Notes under the pieces: generated by a model
Told to the model about the DNA's origin: nothing
Database searches by the model: none
What the model saw: only the letters and a program-made list of their open reading frames with translations
Shown: positions 10,299 to 19,534 of the stretch, piece after piece
How positions within the stretch are numbered: the stretch's first letter is position 1
Layout of the letters: each line of letters starts with the position of its first letter
Made by a program: the position numbers and the translations under genes
DNA from: a virus
Reading direction: 5' to 3' (one strand)
Virus record (IMG/VR): IMGVR_UViG_3300033153_008183
Span: 16,918 to 80,917 of that record
DNA: 64,000 bases

Positions 10299-10616
10299 TT
10301 ACTTACCTGTTTTACTTTGTATTATAGACTGTAATCCATCTTCTGCAGTCTTATAATCCTGCTCCATATCCAATAAAGCATTTGCCTTAAGAACATCATC
10401 TAAAGACCATTCTGTCTCTATTTGATACCTGCTGATTTGAAAACCAGATTCCTTTATAATTCTCCAAACCAGCCATTCAGATTCAAATTCTTCATCAAGT
10501 GTCCCTACATCACCTAATGTTTTTATTCTTCGTTTTCGCTTTCTATTTCCTCGGCTGTAGTAAGGATTCCGCTCATTAGTTCTCCAATATCGCCCTCCAT
10601 GTCCCTTACTAAAGGG
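10299..10616 (-). CDS. -1 frameshift extension of tail assembly chaperone (lambda gpT equivalent)
   Basis: Slippery C CCT TTA at 10616-10610; -1 frame open to TAA at 10301-10299 (..EWLVWRII..WSLDDVLKANALLD..). Confidence 0.8.
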   Translation of the reverse strand, partial: PFSKGHGGRYWRTNERNPYYSRGNRKRKRRIKTLGDVGTLDEEFESEWLVWRIIKESGFQISRYQIETEWSLDDVLKANALLDMEQDYKTAEDGLQSIIQSKTGK

Positions 10617-10969
10617 AAGCGGTTGTGTCTCATCACATCAAATGCAACTACAAAAATAGCATCCGGATCTAAACCCATGAATGCTGTGTTGAAAGAAGCT
10701 TCTGAATCTATTTGAAATGGAGGTTTTCCTGATGGAATAATTTGTACACATGAAAATAATTGAAGCCAAAGCGTATTCAAATCTTTATCATCTAAGGTAT
10801 TAAGAGCTGGTCCCAAAGCAGCAAATACTTCTGTTTGAGAATCACCACTGAAAGCTGTTCCAATAATTCCAGTCAATTTTTTTAGAACAGCCATTGCTGT
10901 GAGAGGAGAAAGAGTTCCAATATGAAACTCTATTCCCTCTACAGTTATTATTTTTGTTTTTTTAATCAT
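10523..10969 (-). CDS. Tail assembly chaperone
   Basis: Between tube and tape measure; strong RBS ggaaggaaggaa; slippery site near end. Confidence 0.8.
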   Translation of the reverse strand: MIKKTKIITVEGIEFHIGTLSPLTAMAVLKKLTGIIGTAFSGDSQTEVFAALGPALNTLDDKDLNTLWLQLFSCVQIIPSGKPPFQIDSEASFNTAFMGLDPDAIFVVAFDVMRHNRFPLVRDMEGDIGELMSGILTTAEEIESENEE

Positions 10970-10998
10970 TTCCTTCCTTCCTTCCTTTAATGATTATT

Positions 10999-11445
10999 TT
11001 AGAGAACTGCTAATCCAAAATCTATAACTCCTGGACCAGTATCTATTACCCATTCTATTGTAGAAGCACTATCTGAACCCTCCCAATCTGGGGTTTTTCG
11101 GATCCAGGCACTCACATAAAAAGCAGCAATTGTACCATTTATATCAGTTATAGTCAGAGGTCCTTTACCTGCACCTGATGCTTTGTCAAGTTGATGCAGT
11201 GCATCTAACGCTCTGTTAGCTAAACTTGTTGCGATTAGTGTTATAGTAACTTCAGAATCATATACATTTTTACTGTATCTTTCTACAGTACCATCAGCCC
11301 CTCTTACTTTTTCATAAAAATCATCGGGAGCTACAACTGTAACAAAACTACCTGGAGCATACCCTGTTATTAGTACTCCGTTAAACGTTATGATAACTTT
11401 TGTTGGATCTATAGTCCTTACATTAGGATCAATCATATCACTCAT
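10999..11445 (-). CDS. Tail tube protein (DUF3277-like)
   Basis: DPTKVII..GVLITG, GADG, AWIRKTP..EW; follows sheath. Confidence 0.8.
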   Translation of the reverse strand: MSDMIDPNVRTIDPTKVIITFNGVLITGYAPGSFVTVVAPDDFYEKVRGADGTVERYSKNVYDSEVTITLIATSLANRALDALHQLDKASGAGKGPLTITDINGTIAAFYVSAWIRKTPDWEGSDSASTIEWVIDTGPGVIDFGLAVL

Positions 11446-11460
11446 TTCTTTCCTCCCTTA

Positions 11461-13293
11461 TTAAATTGATAATGTACCGGTAATAGCAACTTTCTGAATT
11501 GCTCCCTGGTAAGTACTATTAAACGAAACACCATCAAGAAAACGAGCTGCTCTATCAGCAGGATCCGTTTCAACTCTTGTAGGTATCACTATTGTGGTAT
11601 CCTCAGCATTCAATAAATCTACTTCAGCTCTTGTTAAAACACCTTTAAGAGCATTTGTAATTAATTGTATACCTCCATCTGAAAAAGGAACTTTTCTGTT
11701 ATTCAATAAAGTTGTAAATACAGCATTTTGTATTTCAGATTCCAACCAATGTGTTCCTCTGATGATATCAATATACTCTCCCCCAATTACTTTACCATCC
11801 AAAGTAACGGCAACACCTCCAGTACTTACATAAACATTTGCATTATTGTTTTTAGCAAATATTTCCTGTCCAGAACCTATGGAAGAAGCACTGACTGCTG
11901 ACAAAGTTTTAAAAGCCCAAGTCTGACTTGCCGGATCAAAAGGAAGAGCTTCCCCTATCCATGCCATAAATGAAAATTGTACTGAAGAAGCACTTATGCC
12001 GTTTTGATTCTGAGCCACTTCATTATAAACCAGAATTGTATGGTCATAAGACAGTGCTTTTAATACTGTAGCTAAATCAGCTACCCCAGGTTCATTCCCA
12101 AGATCAGTACCCAAAGTAGAAATGCCACCATTAAGATAAGAAGCTCCAGTGATATCAGTTCCGGGTCCTGCAGTTACAGCGGATATTTCAATGCTTGAAG
12201 AATTTCCTGTTGTAGCGCTGGTAAAAACCATTCTACTATCACTGTATTCTACAGTAACATCACTTACACCAGCAGCTGTTATTGCCGCGGTTAAAGCAGT
12301 TGCCACTGCATCCATGTCGGCAGGTAAACTTGCAGCTGTTCCGGGAGTCTCATCTCCTCCGTCAAAATAAGCTTCTCCTGTTAAATCAGTTCCAGTACCA
12401 GCTGTTCCTACTTCAATTAGAATAGCTGAAGTAGCTCCTGTTGAATCACTTGTAAAAATGAATCTTCCAGAATTTGAATCATATTCTACAGTTACAGCTT
12501 CCAAACCAATTTCAGCCTGTACAGCTGTTTGAAGAATAGCAGCTAATCCTGCAAAAGTACTTGCTCCGGAAAAATCTACAAGAAGAACATTAATAGGTGA
12601 TCCTGCATCTAATGTGATATCAAACTCTCCATCAGATACAGCTTCAAAAGCTGCCATCTTACCAGTTACAATACCTGTAACCCAAAGACCAGCAGTTGCA
12701 CCAGCAGACATATTGATACCATCTACTTCAACAGCTGCAGCTCCATCCTTTGAAATCATGAATTCACCATCAGTAAGAGCTTGCCATACTGCCAGAGCTC
12801 CTAATGCACCACTGGTAAAATACCCTTCTTCAAGAGCAACCTGTATTCCAATAATTGCTTTTTCTGCAGAAGTATACCCAAATAATTTCACTACTGTTTC
12901 AGCCCAGGATGCAGCTTCCAAAATATCTGCTTCTGTAGATGATTTAATTGTGAAAGCATACCAATCAGTATAAGCACTCTGAATAGCAGCTAAAGCAGCT
13001 GTCCAATCAGCATCTCCAGCATCTTTCCTTCCTACCATAAAAGTTCCTGGATTTGGATTCTGACTGAAATAAGCTAAAGCAGCTCTATATTCCAAATCAG
13101 TACTAGCCCATCCATCTTCTATCATAGCAGTTACACTTGTATACAACTGGTATCTATCTCCCCCTAGCATAGGGTTATTTAAACTACCAGGGGTAAACGC
13201 AGAAATAATTGCCCCACTTCCAAATCCTACTTGTGTAGGATACCGTGTTTCACGAGTAATATTTACCGCTACAATGTCTCTAACTTCAGACAT
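11461..13293 (-). CDS. Tail sheath protein (DUF3383-like) with nested domain insertion
   Basis: AALAYFSQNP, TWAFKTL, GEYIDIIRG.HWL, KVPFSDGG, GAIQKV. Confidence 0.9.
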   Translation of the reverse strand: MSEVRDIVAVNITRETRYPTQVGFGSGAIISAFTPGSLNNPMLGGDRYQLYTSVTAMIEDGWASTDLEYRAALAYFSQNPNPGTFMVGRKDAGDADWTAALAAIQSAYTDWYAFTIKSSTEADILEAASWAETVVKLFGYTSAEKAIIGIQVALEEGYFTSGALGALAVWQALTDGEFMISKDGAAAVEVDGINMSAGATAGLWVTGIVTGKMAAFEAVSDGEFDITLDAGSPINVLLVDFSGASTFAGLAAILQTAVQAEIGLEAVTVEYDSNSGRFIFTSDSTGATSAILIEVGTAGTGTDLTGEAYFDGGDETPGTAASLPADMDAVATALTAAITAAGVSDVTVEYSDSRMVFTSATTGNSSSIEISAVTAGPGTDITGASYLNGGISTLGTDLGNEPGVADLATVLKALSYDHTILVYNEVAQNQNGISASSVQFSFMAWIGEALPFDPASQTWAFKTLSAVSASSIGSGQEIFAKNNNANVYVSTGGVAVTLDGKVIGGEYIDIIRGTHWLESEIQNAVFTTLLNNRKVPFSDGGIQLITNALKGVLTRAEVDLLNAEDTTIVIPTRVETDPADRAARFLDGVSFNSTYQGAIQKVAITGTLSI

Positions 13294-13315
13294 AATAACC
13301 TCCTAAACGTTATTT

Positions 13316-13903
13316 TTATGGAGCCACACTATCATTAGTGATCTCCAAAATTCTAGTTTCACTGCCATCAATATTTTCTATTTCTCCACCTATATTCACA
13401 TCTTCTATCCAATTTAAATTCTCTCTTCTACTATCATAAAAGGAAAAGGTCGGAGATACAATACTTTCTTTATGAACTTTATTATCAATTCGAAAGGGAA
13501 TTGAAGTTATTGCAAGTTCGATATTTGGAAGACTCAAATTTACTTCAGTTAAAAATTCTGAAACGTATATCATTCTTAAAGATGATAATATCGTCATAAG
13601 AAGATTTCCATCCCCATTAACTTGTCTAATTTCAACTTCACCTGCATAAGGAGTATAATACACTAAATAAGAAGGATCTTCTGAAGGAGGTTCTTCTGTA
13701 CTTGGATCGTGTACATCTCCAAATGTAGTAGCCCCTATTTTGCGTAGTATTGTAGGTGTGTATCCTACTACAATATAGGGATCATCAGTCACGGGTAACG
13801 CTGCACTCATATCAGATTGAAAAACTTCAGCTGTGATTCCTTCTGTAGTTAAAATTAAAGAGACTAAATCATAAACATGAACATATAATTCATTTAGTGT
13901 CAT
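13316..13903 (-). CDS. Tail terminator/neck protein
   Basis: Position before sheath; P..PYI motif; start MTLNELY. Confidence 0.55.
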   Translation of the reverse strand: MTLNELYVHVYDLVSLILTTEGITAEVFQSDMSAALPVTDDPYIVVGYTPTILRKIGATTFGDVHDPSTEEPPSEDPSYLVYYTPYAGEVEIRQVNGDGNLLMTILSSLRMIYVSEFLTEVNLSLPNIELAITSIPFRIDNKVHKESIVSPTFSFYDSRRENLNWIEDVNIGGEIENIDGSETRILEITNDSVAP

Positions 13904-14259
13904 ACATCTGCCTCTCGCCAAACCATAACATATCTGTAGTAACTCAGATCAGCAAAAACGCCCTTCTGATCGCTCCAATCAAGTTCTTTGACACATTCAT
14001 ACCAATCACCGTGATAAAGTACGTAGGTGCCCTTGGTAGCCGTATTTGAGGTCGGAATATTAAGTTTCTCTTCTGAAAAAACAAGCATAACTCCAGAAGA
14101 TATAACCCCTTCAGTCTGATCCTGTGTAATCTTACCTTTGTAAGGTTGAACATTTCCCTGGAAAGTTGTGATAGGAGTTGATGTGATTGTTGCTACTCCT
14201 TTTACATATTCCTGAATTATCTCTTTTCTTTTTATTTCAGTTTTATAAAATAGAGCCAT
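13900..14259 (-). CDS. Head closure protein
   Basis: GNVQP and Y.G.WYE motifs; position. Confidence 0.6.
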   Translation of the reverse strand: MALFYKTEIKRKEIIQEYVKGVATITSTPITTFQGNVQPYKGKITQDQTEGVISSGVMLVFSEEKLNIPTSNTATKGTYVLYHGDWYECVKELDWSDQKGVFADLSYYRYVMVWREADV

Positions 14260-14735
14260 TACATAACCACCTTGTGAGTGATACTGCTTCTCATTTTGTT
14301 TGTATCAAGCAATGGTGTACTATTTGGAGTCACAGCTCTACCACTGGGACGTACTTTATAACTGGGTTTAAGAGCTGCAAATGTACGTCTAAGAAACTGA
14401 TCTTTTAAATATTGTGTGTATCGTTTTCCTAATAGATTATAAATTTCTTTTCGAGACATATTTCCTTTTAACATTTCACCATAAAGAAATTTCATATACT
14501 GCTTTACTTCAACTTTTCGATCAGCCATAGTAGTTTGAAATACTGGACGAGGTAACATATTACCATTTATAGAACCTGCTTCAAAAACAGCCATTCGCAA
14601 GGCAAGATTTTTATCATAATCATTGCCAGCTCCTTTTGAAAAGAGTCCTATTGCTACATATTCTTTTGACATAGTGTCCATACTTTTGATTATATCTTCT
14701 AATGAAGGTCCTTTCCGAGTAACTTTAATACTCAT
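14259..14735 (-). CDS. Neck/tail completion protein
   Basis: PRPVF and PLLDTNKMRSSIT motifs. Confidence 0.7.
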   Translation of the reverse strand: MSIKVTRKGPSLEDIIKSMDTMSKEYVAIGLFSKGAGNDYDKNLALRMAVFEAGSINGNMLPRPVFQTTMADRKVEVKQYMKFLYGEMLKGNMSRKEIYNLLGKRYTQYLKDQFLRRTFAALKPSYKVRPSGRAVTPNSTPLLDTNKMRSSITHKVVM

Positions 14736-15145
14736 CAGTTACTCCCAAGAGCCATTATAGCTGAGGTTCCTACTGCTCTCATTGAAGTATTAGACATAGA
14801 CATCAACTGTAACAATTGCTGTCCATAAACAGTAGTTGTAAGTAATTTATTACCGGGAGTAGTAGCTCCTCCTGCTAACTGAGGCACACTCTCATAAAAA
14901 GTCTCAGATAAATCCTGCTGCCTTCTACTTGCTGGAGAACCAGATTTCATTGAAGTTCTACCATAAATAGCAGGTTTGGAAAGTGTAAGATTATGGGCTG
15001 CTCTCAGAGCCACAGCTAATTCATATTTAGTACCATAAAAAGAAGAAGATGTTTGTAATCTTGCTAACTCAATATAAGTATCTATATCAACATCATCTCT
15101 GATTCCAGGATATGTTTGAATTATTTGTGAAGCTGAGAGTGCCAT
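14735..15145 (-). CDS. Head-tail adaptor (DUF4054-like)
   Basis: AVALRAAHNL and TVYGQQLLQL motifs. Confidence 0.75.
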   Translation of the reverse strand: MALSASQIIQTYPGIRDDVDIDTYIELARLQTSSSFYGTKYELAVALRAAHNLTLSKPAIYGRTSMKSGSPASRRQQDLSETFYESVPQLAGGATTPGNKLLTTTVYGQQLLQLMSMSNTSMRAVGTSAIMALGSN

Positions 15146-15155
15146 TATTTACCTC

Positions 15156-15611
15156 TTATTCCTCTTCTTCATCTTTTCCAGGATTTTTAATCTTTTCAAC
15201 CTGGTCATCAATTACACCCTTGAGGAAGTCATTTCCTTTTTTACGCCATTTACCTAAAAGCTGAAGATTAAAAGTTTCTTTTACAAGAGCTTCCTGTTCC
15301 TCACTTTCAAGTTCTGCAAAAGGGGTTTTAGTTTCTACACTGATAACTTTCTCTTTAGCATCTTTCTTTTCTGTGACATGTTTTTCAACAATGTGACCTT
15401 CTTCAAGATAAAACTTAATTTTCTTGAGTTCTCTCACTTTGTTCCATACTTCATCCGGTATATCATTTATACCAGGAATAAGAGTTACAGTTTTCATTTT
15501 TCGATGAGATGCATTCCTGCCTTTGTTAGGACCCTTCTGTCCTTTAACAGGTTTAGAAGGTAAAGGTAAAGTTAATACTCCGGCATTTGGTTTTCTAAAA
15601 TCAATTATCAT
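15156..15611 (-). CDS. Hypothetical head-associated protein
   Basis: Directly after capsid gene; LIPGIN..W motif; RBS aggaga before ATG 15611. Confidence 0.55.
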   Translation of the reverse strand: MIIDFRKPNAGVLTLPLPSKPVKGQKGPNKGRNASHRKMKTVTLIPGINDIPDEVWNKVRELKKIKFYLEEGHIVEKHVTEKKDAKEKVISVETKTPFAELESEEQEALVKETFNLQLLGKWRKKGNDFLKGVIDDQVEKIKNPGKDEEEE

Positions 15612-15626
15612 AATTATTCTCCTTAT

Positions 15627-15659
15627 TGAAATAAGCACTCCCTACAAAGTAAGGAGTGC
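15627..15659 (-). terminator. Intrinsic terminator-like hairpin after major capsid gene
   Basis: GCACTCCTTAC-ttt-GTAGGGAGTGC followed by TTATTT on minus strand. Confidence 0.6.
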
Positions 15660-15667
15660 CAAACCTC

Positions 15668-16588
15668 TTATATATTATCTGCAAAAATTACTGATTGCGG
15701 ATAATAAATTATAACTCCACCATGTTCAGCCCATACAGGGATGACATAAGAAAAAGGAGATTCCTGAAATTCTTTTTCCTGTTTGGTAGGAACCGGGAAC
15801 AACTGTGTGAGGTGATCTACATCACGCACATAAGCAATCATTCTGTCAGAACCACCATCACCTACTCCCTCAAGATCAGGAATAGATAAAACAGTTACAT
15901 CAGGATTATTTCTTTTGAAATACTCCATAATGGTTAAATCAGAAGCAGTTGAAAACTGAATATCTTTAATCAGTTCATACTGCTCTGTGGGAAGAAGAAG
16001 TGTATCAGGTTTCTCAATCTGTTTGGTGTTGATATAAGGAGTCTTAACCATAGCTCGCATATCTGCATAAATTTCAGCAGGATCTTTTGTTGCCCATTCA
16101 GGATCAGCTGGATCAGCTCCATTTGGTGTTACATATTCCTGAATACCAGGATAATCAAGAAATCCCTGAAGATTTCTTTTAGAGTCACCATTCCAAAGAA
16201 TATGATCCACTTTTTCAGCTACTGCTCTAAAAGCAGCATCTGCTCTTCCAGATTTAAGATTAACACCTGCTCTAATGGCTTTTTTGATCTCAAAGATCGT
16301 ATAACCATAAGAAGAAGCAAGTCTCTTAATATGAGCAGAAGTCTCTGTACCAAACATGTCAGCACGAGGAATACTTCCACCGTAGTCTCCGATAAAAGAG
16401 GCTACACCGATTCGTGAGTAACTTCGGTATGTTACTGTTTCAATTCCTTCACCCTTTACATCGGGATCTACAGGAATTAGAGAAGCCCCAAAAAGGAGTT
16501 TATTCTTCTCATTGTATTGGGTCCGTTTTATGACCTCAAGCTGCCGTGTAAAAAAAAGCAGCTGGCTACTATCTAATCTATCAGGCAT
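15668..16588 (-). CDS. Major capsid protein (DUF2184 family)
   Basis: FFTRQLE, IPRAD, PDTLLLP, DRMIAY, GGVIIYYP. Confidence 0.9.
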   Translation of the reverse strand: MPDRLDSSQLLFFTRQLEVIKRTQYNEKNKLLFGASLIPVDPDVKGEGIETVTYRSYSRIGVASFIGDYGGSIPRADMFGTETSAHIKRLASSYGYTIFEIKKAIRAGVNLKSGRADAAFRAVAEKVDHILWNGDSKRNLQGFLDYPGIQEYVTPNGADPADPEWATKDPAEIYADMRAMVKTPYINTKQIEKPDTLLLPTEQYELIKDIQFSTASDLTIMEYFKRNNPDVTVLSIPDLEGVGDGGSDRMIAYVRDVDHLTQLFPVPTKQEKEFQESPFSYVIPVWAEHGGVIIYYPQSVIFADNI

Positions 16589-16598
16589 GTTTAGCTCC

Positions 16599-17360
16599 TT
16601 AGCTCACTGCTTTCTTCATATTATCGACACGAATAACCGCAAGATCCTGCACACCATCTGCTATAAAAGCAAAGGCGGCATTGATCAATAAGTTACTTCC
16701 AACTGTTCCGGTAAACTTACCAGCATCTGCACCAGATTTAATTACATAAACAGGAGCATTTACTGTTACGTTTGCAATGTCATCTACAATGACAGCACAA
16801 TATCCATCTACCAAAGTCTCAAGGGCCTGACCCTCTTCATAACCTTCGTCACTAAGAAGAGTTGCTGTAGGCGCTTTCTGAGCCTTAAGAACAGGACCGA
16901 GAACAACCATTTCAGCAGACTGGGAAAGAACAGGAGTACCTACAGGAGGTGTTGCACCTGTTACAACAGTCGAAGCTGAAGTTGTTTCTCCAGGAGTGAT
17001 AATGGTAAATACTCTACCAGTTACCGAAACCTGCCATTCAGAATTAAGAGCCTGAAGAGCTACAACCATAGCGGCCATTGTGGTGTCATGATCAGTAACC
17101 CAAGCTAATTCTTCCATAGCAAGGCCATTAACAGTAAAGTTAATAGTCACAGCATTAGCCTCTGTGAAATCAATGTCATAAGTCATTACAACTTTGTCAA
17201 CATGGATATTCATGGCACTGTCAACATCACCCTTGTACCCAAAAGCACACATACCGAACTTAATCAGTTCACGTGCTATGAACGATTCTGTAAGAGCTCC
17301 TACCTGAGCACCGAACAGATTACCAGCTGAAAGCTGGCTAATATTTCCATACTGAGACAT
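16599..17360 (-). CDS. Capsid cement/decoration protein
   Basis: Between protease and capsid; IKFG, G..VYV..GKF motifs; start MSQYG with RBS. Confidence 0.65.
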   Translation of the reverse strand: MSQYGNISQLSAGNLFGAQVGALTESFIARELIKFGMCAFGYKGDVDSAMNIHVDKVVMTYDIDFTEANAVTINFTVNGLAMEELAWVTDHDTTMAAMVVALQALNSEWQVSVTGRVFTIITPGETTSASTVVTGATPPVGTPVLSQSAEMVVLGPVLKAQKAPTATLLSDEGYEEGQALETLVDGYCAVIVDDIANVTVNAPVYVIKSGADAGKFTGTVGSNLLINAAFAFIADGVQDLAVIRVDNMKKAVS

Positions 17361-18697
17361 TATGCCCCCCTCTTTTTCTGACCGGCTTTGACAAGCTGCA
17401 ACCAATTTTCATCATCGGTTTTAACTTCACCTTCGACCAGAGTAAGCTCATCCTCTTTATGATGAGCTCCAGATGTGAGGTTATCTTCCAGAGTGGTATC
17501 TGCTTCATCAAGAGTTGTAACAGCTCCATCAAACATTGCGTTTATGTAAGTGTCGTCCTTCCCTTCCAGATCCATCTTTGGAAAAGCTTTTGCGATAACA
17601 GCTTTTTTCTTAGCCATTACATCCATTTTGTCAGTATCTTCGATACCGGCTTTTGCCACAGCAGTATCCAACTTATTACGATCTTCGAAAAGACCATCAA
17701 GCTGATCTACCTGAATAGCATTTTTCAGCTTTTCTTCTGCAGCATCAAGTTTTGCCTGAAGTGCATCTCTTTCTCCCTCACGGGTACTTAGATCTGCAGT
17801 TGCTGTGTCTAATTTCTTAGTCACATCTTCAAGCTCTACATTACTCTTTTTAAGAGCTTCGTCAATTTTTGAGTAATGAGCGATTACCGGGGCTTCTGCT
17901 TGGTATTCGACATTATCAATCCTGACGATTTTGAAATTTTCGGGCATATTCTCCCCCTTGTTTATATTTACAGGAGGATTAACCCCTGCAGTATCCTTAA
18001 CAACCGGCTTAATAGTATCTGGAGGAGCCTGGTAGCCGTCTACTCTCATAACAGCAGCATCTCCTGCTCTTCCTCTATCAACTATAGCCACATGGTTATA
18101 TCTTATTTTAACTTGTTTTGCATCATAAGGAACCCCATTGTAATTTCCAGATTCCATCATAACATCACAACTGTATCCAGCAGAAAGAGCTCTCTTTCCA
18201 TCCTGCACATCATCTATAGCATCTTTGACTGACACTGTAAGATTACTTGCTACCCGGCCTTTAAACTGATCTACAATGATTTCTTCACCTAAAGAACCTA
18301 CCATAACAACTTTTGCATTATCCGGAGTCACCAATGTCCCAGGATGATCATTTGTTACAACAGCCATTCGTAATGTATTTAAAGAATCAGGATGAAAAAC
18401 CTCTTCAGGACTTCTAAGTTCCCACTGAATAGCTCCATCTTCCATTACATAAGGAAAAACACCAGTAGTAGTGATTACAGCTCTACCTTTAAGAAAACCA
18501 TTGGAATCTTCTTTCATGGTCTGGTATACATTATTTTCTCTGTAACGGTTCATTTCTTCAAAATATTCAGCTTCAGAATTATTAGCCTGTCCAAAATAGC
18601 CAAAATAATCAATTCTACTTTCGGCTTTATCAAATCGTACTACTTTTTTTAACATCTCAAAAATGGGAAGTTCAACCCATCTGAGTTCATTTCTCAT
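17360..18697 (-). CDS. Prohead protease/scaffold (DUF2213)
   Basis: TGVFPY, R.PEEVF, TNDHP, LSAGY, NHVAIV.RGRAG; coiled-coil C-terminal half. Confidence 0.9.
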   Translation of the reverse strand: MRNELRWVELPIFEMLKKVVRFDKAESRIDYFGYFGQANNSEAEYFEEMNRYRENNVYQTMKEDSNGFLKGRAVITTTGVFPYVMEDGAIQWELRSPEEVFHPDSLNTLRMAVVTNDHPGTLVTPDNAKVVMVGSLGEEIIVDQFKGRVASNLTVSVKDAIDDVQDGKRALSAGYSCDVMMESGNYNGVPYDAKQVKIRYNHVAIVDRGRAGDAAVMRVDGYQAPPDTIKPVVKDTAGVNPPVNINKGENMPENFKIVRIDNVEYQAEAPVIAHYSKIDEALKKSNVELEDVTKKLDTATADLSTREGERDALQAKLDAAEEKLKNAIQVDQLDGLFEDRNKLDTAVAKAGIEDTDKMDVMAKKKAVIAKAFPKMDLEGKDDTYINAMFDGAVTTLDEADTTLEDNLTSGAHHKEDELTLVEGEVKTDDENWLQLVKAGQKKRGA

Positions 18698-18875
18698 CAG
18701 TTCCTCCCTTCCATCGTTTACCACGTTTAACAAGTCCAGCTCTGGTTAATTCCGCATCCTGGTGTTCTACTTTTATAAGAACTCCATTCTGAAAATCCAA
18801 AATAATTTTTCCATAATTAACATTAGCTGTGTGTTTTTTAATGATTATAATATCTTCTTCTTTTAAAATTGCCAT
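18687..18875 (-). CDS. Small DUF2292-like protein
   Basis: YGKIILDFQNGVLIKVE motif. Confidence 0.55.
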   Translation of the reverse strand: MAILKEEDIIIIKKHTANVNYGKIILDFQNGVLIKVEHQDAELTRAGLVKRGKRWKGGTDEK

Positions 18876-18881
18876 TGCTTA

Positions 18882-18910
18882 ACAATACACCCCCGTAGAG
18901 CATCTGTCAA
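18882..18910 (-). promoter_or_regulatory. Sigma70-type promoter, probably leaderless
   Basis: TTGACA-17-TATTGT; ATG 6 nt after -10. Confidence 0.6.
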
Positions 18911-18945
18911 CTATTGATAAATTCATACAATTGCACCTCCTCACT

Positions 18946-19287
18946 TTATACTGGTAAACAATCATCACAAATCTTAAGACCTCTTCTTTTAACTTCAAAA
19001 CACATAGTCATCCAGGCTATTTCAGTTTCCTTATCAATTATTTGAAATCTCCAAAATCTTTCTGGACTACTTACTTCACTCAATAAATTTTTAGGAACTG
19101 TGATAACAACAGTAGGTGACAAAGCAACTGTAGCCCATTGAGATGGGCTCATTGTGCCTGTAGGAGCATCTTTTTGATTTGAAGGAGCCCAATAATCCAC
19201 ACGAAAATCTACTGCATTCATATCAATATCTTCTGTGTCCGTGTAATTTAAAATCAATTTTTGATTTAAAAATATTGTATTTGCCAT
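18946..19287 (-). CDS. Hypothetical beta-sandwich protein
   Basis: RBS aggaga; last gene of accessory structural block. Confidence 0.5.
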   Translation of the reverse strand: MANTIFLNQKLILNYTDTEDIDMNAVDFRVDYWAPSNQKDAPTGTMSPSQWATVALSPTVVITVPKNLLSEVSSPERFWRFQIIDKETEIAWMTMCFEVKRRGLKICDDCLPV

Positions 19288-19297
19288 TTATTTTCTC

Positions 19298-19534
19298 CTA
19301 TTGCATCGTTCCAGCAAAATTTATTTCTGAATATGCAAGTCCACTAAAATCTAATTCTCTAATACTTTTACTTGTAAATAATAACTCTCTAACAGCCAAA
19401 CCTTCAAAATTTAAATCAGTTACTCTCTTACCTGTAAAGTATAAAGGTTCCACCAATGAAAGAAAAATAGGTCCTTCCACTAAACCACGTGTAACTAAAT
19501 ATGCTGTTTTTAAACCGTGTAAAACTAAATTCAA
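19298..19534 (-). CDS. Small protein, paralog of 26627..26782
   Basis: VLHG....LVTRG...EPLYFTGK. Confidence 0.55.
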   Translation of the reverse strand: MNLVLHGLKTAYLVTRGLVEGPIFLSLVEPLYFTGKRVTDLNFEGLAVRELLFTSKSIRELDFSGLAYSEINFAGTMQ

